This document shows positions 25,798 to 32,000 of a DNA stretch of 32,000 bases, piece by piece. The translations under genes and the position numbers were made by a program. Source of the DNA: Ktedonobacterales bacterium (GTDB taxonomy: Bacteria > Chloroflexota > Ktedonobacteria > Ktedonobacterales > JADMIN01); NCBI GenBank assembly GCA_030167145.1, contig CP126532.1:4410001-4442000 (forward strand), given 5' to 3'. Within the stretch, counting starts at the first letter, position 1. The number at the start of each line of letters is the position of its first letter. The notes beneath the pieces were generated by a model. That model did no database searches, was not told where the DNA came from, and worked only from the letters and a program-made list of their open reading frames with translations.

Positions 25798-27111
25798 TTA
25801 ATCTCTGCGTCGCGCGCCGAAGCCGAACCACACGATCAGCAGCACCGCGCTCAGCGCGTAGAACGGCATCGCCGCGAAGAACGACGCCTGATAGCCCGCC
25901 AGCGCGATCAGCCAGCCGCCCACCCCCGCGCCCAGCGCGCCGCCAACCTGAAAGCTCACGTTGTACGCGCTGCTGGCGTTCACACGCGACTTGTCGGGTA
26001 CTGCCCCCATCAGATAGGTCTGCAGCGGTGGCGTCGTCACGGCCATCAGGAAACCGCGTATCAGATACGCCAGCGACGCAATCACCACCACCGGGAACGC
26101 GCCGATAGCCACCAGAAACGGCAGCGACGCGACCTGCGCCGCGATACCCGTGCGCATCGTGCCCCACCGCCGCGCCAGCGGGATCGCCACCAGCGCCGCC
26201 ACCGCTATCGCCACCGAATACACCGTCGTCAGCACGCCGAAATACGCCGTCGAAACGCCTAACTGGTTGACGAAATACAGATTGGCATAGGGAAAGAAGA
26301 TGCCCGCGCCGAAACCGACCAATCCCTCCGCCACCGCGAACCGTCCCGCCACGCCCACCGCTCCCACGCGTACCGCCCGCAGCCATGCTCCCATCCGCGC
26401 CCTGAGCGGCGGCGCGAGCATATCATCTCCAGCGCTTCCTGTCGCGGCTGTCGCCTTGCGCGGCTCCTCGCGCATCATAAATACCGGAATGATCGAGGGC
26501 ACGGCGATCACCCCCGTCGCCAGCAGCGCCAGTTCGTAGGCCTGCGCCTTTGCGCCAGAGACGAGCAGTGGCTGTAGCGCCTGCATCCACGCCGAGGACT
26601 GCACCTCCGCGCTCAGGAACCACCCAGGCAGGAATCCGCCAAGCAGCGTCCCGATGATCGTCGCCAGGAACACCAGCGCGTTATTCAAGCCAAAGAGCGA
26701 GATGCGCTGCTCGGCAGTGCTGTAGGTCGTCAGCAGCGGCGTATTGATCACCAGGAACAGCGCCAGCGAGATCCCCACACCTAGCGTCGTCACCAGCACC
26801 ACCGGCGGCGTCGGCACGATCAGTTGCGCGGCGATGGAGAAGCCGCCGATGAAGTTCGACCAGAGCAGGAAGGCGCGATACCCCGCGCGATGCGCCAGCG
26901 GGCTGGCGATGACGATGCCCAGCGCCGCGCCAATAGCGCCCACAACCGTGACGATGCCGATGAACTTGGTGCTATAGCCCAGCGCGTTGAGATACAGCGT
27001 ATACAGCACCACGGCTGCCCCGGCCGTTGGCGCCTGCATCGCATTCGAGATGAGATACAGCCGCGCGTTGCGCTGGAGCGCGCGAAAGCGCGCGAGCAGG
27101 TCACTGAGCAT
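25798..27111 (-). CDS. MFS transporter
   Basis: About 12 hydrophobic segments with an MFS-like loop pattern (LAHRAGYRAFLLW, PLARRWGTMRTG). ATG 27111 (MLSDLLARFRALQRN...) is preferred; it overlaps the upstream gene's stop by 11 nt. The track start at 27201 would overlap by 101 nt. Confidence 0.85.
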   Translation of the reverse strand: MLSDLLARFRALQRNARLYLISNAMQAPTAGAAVVLYTLYLNALGYSTKFIGIVTVVGAIGAALGIVIASPLAHRAGYRAFLLWSNFIGGFSIAAQLIVPTPPVVLVTTLGVGISLALFLVINTPLLTTYSTAEQRISLFGLNNALVFLATIIGTLLGGFLPGWFLSAEVQSSAWMQALQPLLVSGAKAQAYELALLATGVIAVPSIIPVFMMREEPRKATAATGSAGDDMLAPPLRARMGAWLRAVRVGAVGVAGRFAVAEGLVGFGAGIFFPYANLYFVNQLGVSTAYFGVLTTVYSVAIAVAALVAIPLARRWGTMRTGIAAQVASLPFLVAIGAFPVVVIASLAYLIRGFLMAVTTPPLQTYLMGAVPDKSRVNASSAYNVSFQVGGALGAGVGGWLIALAGYQASFFAAMPFYALSAVLLIVWFGFGARRRD

Positions 27112-27637
27112 CGCGGGCGCGGCGGTCGTCGGGGCCGGTATCGGGGCGGTCCTCGTCCGGTCGGGGCTGATGGCCGTTGTGCCCGTTGAGCGCGTGGCCA
27201 TTCACCGCCGCATCGAAGACGTTGACGTGTGGCGTGGCCTCCTCGCCCATCGCGGGCAGGTCGGCGGCGCTCGCGGTAATCAGTTGCAGTTCCTCAGAGG
27301 CGCGGATGCGTCCTTCCTCGCGCACCCGCTCTGCCGCCCGCCTGCCAAAGAGTAGCACGCTGATGCTCGTCCGCACCTGCTGGCGTCGCCCATAAAACTC
27401 CGCGACACCGCCCACGACTCTATCGCTGCCCTGCTGCGCGATGGTCATCGCCTGCTGCGCCCTGGGCGCATACTCCTGAAGCACCGGCGTGACATGCGTG
27501 TGCAGCCACCGCGCGCCGAGCGCCAGGGCGATCATCAGCGCGCAGACCACGATGAGCACCAGCCCCAGCTCTATCGTGAGGATGACGCCCGCAATCTGCG
27601 CGGCGGTGTGCAGCCACTCCGGCTCAGCGATTACCAT
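27101..27637 (-). CDS. Hypothetical membrane protein (178 aa)
   Basis: One strong TM helix (IAGVILTIELGLVLIVVCALMIALALG), then a charged, helical, low-complexity tail. Its start overlaps the upstream gene by 14 nt and its end overlaps the MFS start. Confidence 0.6.
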   Translation of the reverse strand: MVIAEPEWLHTAAQIAGVILTIELGLVLIVVCALMIALALGARWLHTHVTPVLQEYAPRAQQAMTIAQQGSDRVVGGVAEFYGRRQQVRTSISVLLFGRRAAERVREEGRIRASEELQLITASAADLPAMGEEATPHVNVFDAAVNGHALNGHNGHQPRPDEDRPDTGPDDRRARDAQ

Positions 27638-28091
27638 CTAGCTGCCCCTCTTTCGCTAGCTGGCGTTCGATCTCCATGCGCCGCTTCTGACGCTTATCAG
27701 CACGCTTCTGCGCTTTGCCCCTGCCGAAGAGGATTGTCGCCATCTCACCCGCGCCCGCCAGCGCGCTGGCCGTGCGCACCGCTGGCGACACACCAAACGA
27801 CGTGGCCGTCTTCGCGCTCTCGCGCACCGCGCTGGTCGTCGTCTTCAGCGAGTTCAGCACCGGAATCAGTTCATCCTTCACGTCCAGCAGTGTGCGAGTG
27901 AACGAAATCACCGCGTAGATCAGCGCACCAAGCAGCCCCATACTCACCAACGCCGTCACGATCAGCACGATATCCAGCAACACCGGCCACCAGCCAAATA
28001 TGGTCGCAACCACGGCGAACGCGATGATGAGCACCGCCAGCACCACGCTTATGCCGATGATAAGATTCTTGTTCTGTAGCAAGGACTCCAT
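27624..28091 (-). CDS. Hypothetical membrane protein (two TM helices plus a helical soluble part; DUF948-like, uncertain)
   Basis: MESLLQNKNLIIGISVVLAVLIIAFAVVATIFGWWPVLLDIVLIVTALVSMGLLGALIYAVISF, then TRTLLDVKDELIPVLNSLKTTTSAVRES..., and a Lys/Arg-rich C-terminus. ATG 28091 has GAGGA just upstream. Confidence 0.6.
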   Translation of the reverse strand: MESLLQNKNLIIGISVVLAVLIIAFAVVATIFGWWPVLLDIVLIVTALVSMGLLGALIYAVISFTRTLLDVKDELIPVLNSLKTTTSAVRESAKTATSFGVSPAVRTASALAGAGEMATILFGRGKAQKRADKRQKRRMEIERQLAKEGQLDGNR

Positions 28092-28423
28092 CGGTCCTCG
28101 GTCCTTTCTCCCATGCCGCATCGTCAGCGCTGGTATGGCGCGCGGGAAAATGGGATGCCCGCCGCTGGCAACCGCGAACGCGACCGCACTCGGCGGGTAT
28201 GCGCTGGCCGCGAGACGAAGCGCTCCTCATCGAGTAGTGTACGCGAATAGAAGGGCTTCGGTTGCCTGGCGCTCGTTCGCGCGTCTACGTCCGCGATGAA
28301 GGCGCGGCGCACGAATTGTGCCAGGTATGCGTTGGGGAGTTCGCGCGGCCACCGGTCATTTCTCTCTACTACAAGCGAATGAGAGCGCCATGGAGTTGCG
28401 TATTCGGCGGGAAGGGGAAAAAG

Positions 28424-28461
28424 GGCACAACAAAACGGAGCCTGCTATGTAGTGGCTCCGT
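28424..28461 (-). terminator. Rho-independent terminator of rpsT
   Basis: ACGGAGCC (28435-42), 11-nt loop, GGCTCCGT (28454-61). On the minus strand the stem is followed by UUUGUUGUG (28434-26). It lies 78 nt after the rpsT stop. Confidence 0.7.
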
Positions 28462-28538
28462 ATGTTGTTGCGAGTCACGCATCTTTCCTGTGCCAAGCGG
28501 CGTCGCGTGAATGCCGCTTCGGGCCAGCGTCGCGCGGT

Positions 28539-28826
28539 CTATGCCTTGGCAGCCGCCTCAGCTTCCACCTTATGCAGGCGGGTCATCAGACGCGACTTAC
28601 GGCGAGCGGCGTTGTTGCGATGCAGCACACCCTTGGTCACGCCCATATCCAGCGCGCGGATCGCGTCGCGGATCGCCTCAGCGGTCTCTGGCTCGGCGGC
28701 GTGCGTGTCAATGGAGATGCGGGCCTGCGTCACCTCGGTGCGGATGCTCGATTTGATGGATTTGTTGCGCGCGCGCCGCTTCTCTTCGATGCGCATGCGC
28801 TTCTGGGCCGAGCGTAGATTCGGCAT
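28539..28826 (-). CDS. rpsT: 30S ribosomal protein S20
   Basis: MPNLRSAQKRMRIEEKRRARNKSIKSSIRT ... GVLHRNNAARRKSRL. Canonical S20 sequence, 95 aa. Confidence 0.95.
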   Translation of the reverse strand: MPNLRSAQKRMRIEEKRRARNKSIKSSIRTEVTQARISIDTHAAEPETAEAIRDAIRALDMGVTKGVLHRNNAARRKSRLMTRLHKVEAEAAAKA

Positions 28827-29004
28827 GTGAGACTGCTACCTCCCGTGCGGCAAGCGCCGCGACTGTCTGCGGTTCAGGCGAAACTCCGGCGCGATGCCGG
28901 TGAATCATGGGCGACATGAGCGCACTCGATACCGTCGGAACCGTCAGGCGTCTGGGAGCGCGCATGGGGCGCGGCGCACGTGATAGCGCGCCACAATCCG
29001 AACT

Positions 29005-29033
29005 AGTATACCAAATCGCGGGCGCTCCGGCAA
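29005..29033 (-). promoter_or_regulatory. Putative rpsT promoter: TTGCCG, 17-nt spacer, TGgTATACT
   Basis: The minus strand reads TTGCCG (29033-29028) and TATACT (29010-29005) preceded by TGG (29013-29011). This implies a 5' leader of about 170 nt. Confidence 0.45.
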
Positions 29034-29201
29034 GCATCACTCGATTTACGTACCCGTTTTGGGCACTGTGTTTTCTGCCTCGGCGGGTTATACTTGCGAG
29101 ATACACCGAAGTCAGAAGCCGATCCATGGAATGGAGTACGCAATGGCCGCACCACAAGCGCGCTATTGCACAGCAATCTGGATGCCATGAAGGAGCAGCC
29201 C

Positions 29202-29624
29202 ATGTTTACTCGCGCAATGCGCTGGACGTACCTCGTGCTCGCCTGGATCATCCTGGCGGCGGTCGTCGCACAGGTCTTTCTGGCTGGCCTGGGTGTCTTC
29301 GCTGGCCCAAGCAACTTTGAAACGCACCGGCTCTTTGGCTATATGCTCTCCTATGTGATGCTCATCGCGTTTATTGTGGCCCTTGCTGCGCGGCTCTCAC
29401 GGCGGCTCATCATTCTGGCTGCGCTGCTGCCCATCCTGGTCTTCCTGCAATCCGTGTTCATCCTCTTCAGGGAGAATGGCCAGTCCGCTCTGGCGGCGCT
29501 GCACGTCGTCAACGCCCTGGCCATCTTCGCGCTCTCAGGCTACCTGGCGCTTCAGTCGCTGCGCTACGTTCCCGCTGGCGCCAGCAAGTCCGCGCCATCA
29601 GCCGCGACACCTGAGCCATCATAG
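29202..29624 (+). CDS. Small integral membrane protein (four TM helices; DUF6220-like, uncertain)
   Basis: ATG 29202 lies 6 nt after AGGAG (29191-95). MFTRAMRWTYLVLAWIILAAVVAQVFLAGLGVF...H..FGY...; four hydrophobic helices. Confidence 0.7.
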   Translation: MFTRAMRWTYLVLAWIILAAVVAQVFLAGLGVFAGPSNFETHRLFGYMLSYVMLIAFIVALAARLSRRLIILAALLPILVFLQSVFILFRENGQSALAALHVVNALAIFALSGYLALQSLRYVPAGASKSAPSAATPEPS

Positions 29625-29731
29625 TGCGCGGCGTACCCGCATTGTGATATGACATGAGCTGTGGCCCGCGCAAAGTGTGTGGCGCATAGGGTGTGACGTG
29701 TCGCATACGAAGCAGCCGGAGAGAGCGTATC

Positions 29732-30118
29732 ATGGCATCACGAGACGGATCGCGGGTCGTCTGGAGTAGTGGCATCGGGCGGATACGCTACTGTCCAACA
29801 TGCCATCAACCAGAGGACGAGTGCCGCTGCGCGGCGCAGCGCGCGACGACCGAGGTGCGCCCCGGCCTGCCGCGTAACGATGGCACTGTGCGTATCGCCC
29901 GCGACCGCAAGCATCGCAATGGCAAAGTCGCCACGCTCATCGTCGGGCTGCCCAACGATACCGCGCTGCTCACCGATCTAGCGAAGACGCTGAAACGGCT
30001 CTGCGGTGTCGGAGGCACGGTCAAGGACGGCGTCATCGAACTGCAAGGCGATCACGTCCCGGTGATACAGAAGAAGCTCACCGAACTGGGCTATCGCGTC
30101 AAGGTCGCGGGCGGCTGA
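29732..30118 (+). CDS. yciH: SUI1/eIF1-family translation initiation factor homolog YciH
   Basis: VVWSSGIGRI..C..C......C.C ... DGTVRIARDRKHRNGKVATLIVGL ... LAKTLKRLCGVGGTVKDGVIELQGDH...I...L.ELGYRVKVAGG aligns by eye with E. coli YciH. ATG 29732 follows GGAGAG. Confidence 0.9.
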   Translation: MASRDGSRVVWSSGIGRIRYCPTCHQPEDECRCAAQRATTEVRPGLPRNDGTVRIARDRKHRNGKVATLIVGLPNDTALLTDLAKTLKRLCGVGGTVKDGVIELQGDHVPVIQKKLTELGYRVKVAGG

Positions 30119-30135
30119 GACAGCCTGCGATTTTC

Positions 30136-30165
30136 TTGACACATCCGGCACAAAGGGCATACACT
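30136..30165 (+). promoter_or_regulatory. Putative promoter: TTGACA, 18-nt spacer, TACACT
   Basis: TTGACA at 30136-41 and TACACT at 30160-65. The leader of about 150 nt contains hairpins GCGCAAC-cactgcc-GTTGCGC and GGCTCC-tcaaggcgcg-GGAGCC. Confidence 0.45.
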
Positions 30166-30322
30166 CAGGGGAAGGCTCTCGCAGATCCGCCAGCCTGACG
30201 CAACCACTGCCGTTGCGCAGTGTAGCTGGCTCCTCAAGGCGCGGGAGCCGTGGCACAGCGCCACCTGGCGCTTGCGCTGTAATGTGACGCGAGACACGAG
30301 TCTCCGTGAGGTGAGCAAGAGC

Positions 30323-30889
30323 ATGTTGAGGAAAGATCCCGCACAAGATATGGACCGCCCCCACTACTACTCACAGTATTGGATTGACGTTGCCTTTGGC
30401 CAGACCGCCGGGGCCGCCGACAGCGTTGACGCCGCGCCATCTATCGTGAGCGACCATGATGCGTTCGACGAAGACGCCTTCGAGGAAATCGCCAGCAAAC
30501 CCGCTCCACGTGCGAAGCCGCCCAAGGCCCCGGAAAAGAAGCCTGAGCCAACCCGCCCAGTGCTCACATCCCTGGCCGACCTCGCCAATATTGACCAGCT
30601 CATGAAGAGTTCGGCGGAAATGGGCGCCGAAACTATCCCCGATATCGAGTCGGGCGAGATGGAAGACCTTGAGCCATTCGGCCAGGAGCCGCTGGTTGCG
30701 GGCAGCGCGCTGCCGTCCGGCTATAGCTTCGACGATGGCGACACCATGCAGGCGTCAGACGAAGACCTGGATGACGAACTCGAGTTCGATGACGAGGAAG
30801 AAGAAGAAGACGACGAGTGGGGTGGCGGACGCAAGCCCCACAAACCGCAGAAGCCGCAACGTCCGAAGCGCGAACGCCGCCCCTATTAA
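30323..30889 (+). CDS. Hypothetical acidic, probably disordered protein with a basic C-terminal tail
   Basis: ATG 30323 lies 9 nt after GAGGTG. MLRKDPAQDMDRPHYYSQYWIDVAFGQ..., then long D/E-rich sequence (DEDLDDELEFDDEEEEEDDEW), ending GGRKPHKPQKPQRPKRERRPY. A strong terminator follows. Confidence 0.6.
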   Translation: MLRKDPAQDMDRPHYYSQYWIDVAFGQTAGAADSVDAAPSIVSDHDAFDEDAFEEIASKPAPRAKPPKAPEKKPEPTRPVLTSLADLANIDQLMKSSAEMGAETIPDIESGEMEDLEPFGQEPLVAGSALPSGYSFDDGDTMQASDEDLDDELEFDDEEEEEDDEWGGGRKPHKPQKPQRPKRERRPY

Positions 30890-30940
30890 GGGATCGTCCA
30901 CGGGATAACCGAGTGCGATAATCCCAGTCGGCGTAGCAAT

Positions 30941-30985
30941 ATGGAGAAGGGTGGCATTCACGCCGTCCTTCTCCATTTTTCTCGT
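30941..30985 (+). terminator. Rho-independent terminator
   Basis: ATGGAGAAGG (30941-50), 16-nt loop, CCTTCTCCAT (30967-76): a perfect 10-bp stem, followed by TTTTTCTCG. Confidence 0.8.
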
Positions 30986-31037
30986 ATGATTTTTCTCGCA
31001 TGCGCGGCGTTTACCCGCCAGAAAGGCGCGAGCAACC

Positions 31038-31577
31038 ATGGCTGAGCGACTCGACGGCAAGACCATTGGCATATTCGTCGCCCCTGGCTTCGAAGACCTT
31101 GAGTTCTGGGTGCCGGTGATGCGCCTGCGCGAAGAAGGCGCCCGTGTGTTGGTCATCGGCATGAACGGCGACACCGTGACGGGCAAGCACTGCCTCACCG
31201 CGACACCCGATGTTGCCGCGAGCGACGTAGCCTCCGAGAGCCTGTTTGGGCTGGTCATCCCCGGCGGCTGGGCGCCTGATAAGCTGCGCCGCGACCCCGA
31301 TGTGTTGCGGCTCGTGGACGAATGCCACACCGCTGGCAAAACCATCGGCATCATCTGCCATGCGGGTTGGGTGGCGGCCTCAGCGGGCATCGTGCGCGGC
31401 ATGCGCTTCACCGGCTCGCGCGGCATCAAAGACGACCTGGAGAACGCGGGCGCGATCTGGGTGGATGAGCCAGCGTTCCGCGAGGGCAATATCGTCTGGG
31501 GTCGCGTGGTCGAGGATATTCCCGCTTTCTGCCGCGAGCTGGTGGCGGCGTTTGGCGAGCAGGCAGAGCGCACATAG
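31038..31577 (+). CDS. DJ-1/PfpI family protein (class I glutamine amidotransferase-like)
   Basis: GFEDLEFW.P...L.E.G..V ... LVIPGGWAPD.LR ... KTIGIICHAGW (nucleophile Cys-His elbow). 179 aa. Confidence 0.9.
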   Translation: MAERLDGKTIGIFVAPGFEDLEFWVPVMRLREEGARVLVIGMNGDTVTGKHCLTATPDVAASDVASESLFGLVIPGGWAPDKLRRDPDVLRLVDECHTAGKTIGIICHAGWVAASAGIVRGMRFTGSRGIKDDLENAGAIWVDEPAFREGNIVWGRVVEDIPAFCRELVAAFGEQAERT

Positions 31578-31596
31578 CGTGCGACCTGCAAGTGGC

Positions 31597-31625
31597 ATGA
31601 GGACCGTATGAGGATGGCATGAGGA
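31597..31625 (+). repeat. ATGAGGA repeated three times at an exact 11-bp period, upstream of the tRNA-binding protein gene
   Basis: ATGAGGA at 31597-603, 31608-614 and 31619-625. See the finding on the chained mini-ORFs. Confidence 0.9.
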
Positions 31626-31638
31626 CGGGGCACAGCGT

Positions 31639-31989
31639 ATGAGCGAGCGCGGCGATGAGATCACCATCGCGGACTTCGAGAAGGTGGACATTCGCGTAGG
31701 GCGCGTGCTTTCCGCAGAGCCATTGGCAGGCGCGCGGAAACCAGCTTACCAGCTTCGCATTGATTTTGGGCCGGAGCTTGGCGAGAAACAGTCTAGCGCG
31801 CAATTAACCGCGCGCTATCGTGCGGAAGATCTGGTGGGACGGCTGGTGCTGGCGGTGGTCAACTTCCCGCCCCGGCGCATCGCGGGATTCCGCTCAGAGG
31901 TGCTGACGCTTGGTGTGGCCGACGCGAACGGCGATGTCGCCCTCATCACGCCAGACGCCGATGTTCCGCTTGGCGCGCGCTTATTCTAG
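31639..31989 (+). CDS. tRNA-binding domain protein (CsaA / EMAP-II-like OB fold)
   Basis: ITIADFEKVDIRVGRVLSAEP...ARKPAYQLRIDFG.ELG.KQSSAQLT..Y..EDLVGR.VLAVVNFPPRRIAGF.SEVL.LG. This is the typical CsaA / MetRS C-terminal-domain-like sequence. Confidence 0.9.
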   Translation: MSERGDEITIADFEKVDIRVGRVLSAEPLAGARKPAYQLRIDFGPELGEKQSSAQLTARYRAEDLVGRLVLAVVNFPPRRIAGFRSEVLTLGVADANGDVALITPDADVPLGARLF

Positions 31990-32000
31990 GTCACCACAAG

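Noticed and set aside
25505-25801. 98-aa plus-strand ORF in the AT-rich spacer
   Set aside because: It has no SD, and its composition is odd (Tyr/Gly/Arg/Trp-rich). It lies in what looks like the 5' regulatory region of the minus-strand peptidase gene. It starts with TTG and ends by running into the MFS gene's 3' end.
30975-31002. Tandem 14-bp duplication ATTTTTCTCGTATG / ATTTTTCTCGCATG after the terminator
   Set aside because: It is real in the sequence but most simply explained as a duplicated terminator U-tract. I have no evidence for a separate function.

Overview
High-GC bacterial chromosomal window; gene content and style loosely suggest Chloroflexota or Actinobacteria, but that is a guess. 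It is mostly housekeeping and miscellaneous metabolism. Recognisable genes are the nuoA 5' end, cysS, an S51 peptidase, an FAH-family hydrolase, tRNA-Lys(UUU), an HtrA-like protease, an MDR oxidoreductase, purL, MEDS and NUDIX proteins, a cupredoxin lipoprotein, an alpha/beta hydrolase, ctaA, an Fmt-like formyltransferase, yggX, an MFS transporter, rpsT, yciH, a DJ-1/PfpI protein and a CsaA-like tRNA-binding protein. Four loci deserve a second look. (1) The B12-binding radical SAM gene ends in the ORF track at a TGA that sits inside a C-TGA-A-E-P motif with hairpins directly downstream. I read this as a selenocysteine codon (CUAEP-tail rSAM selenoprotein), and the gene is translationally coupled to yggX. 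(2) cysS is fused in frame to a GT2 glycosyltransferase domain and a His-rich tail, and overlaps the S51 peptidase gene. (3) A 403-aa long-form PIMT-like methyltransferase, of the kind that tailors RiPPs, sits 12 nt behind purL with no visible RiPP genes. (4) Two lower-GC segments (about 6120-9140 next to the tRNA, and 23163-25800) carry secreted or membrane proteins, including a glutamic (G1/A4) peptidase homolog. No CRISPR array, transposase, integrase or rRNA was seen. Many long antisense ORFs in the track are high-GC shadow ORFs. All protein family calls rest on motif recognition by eye, with no database search.
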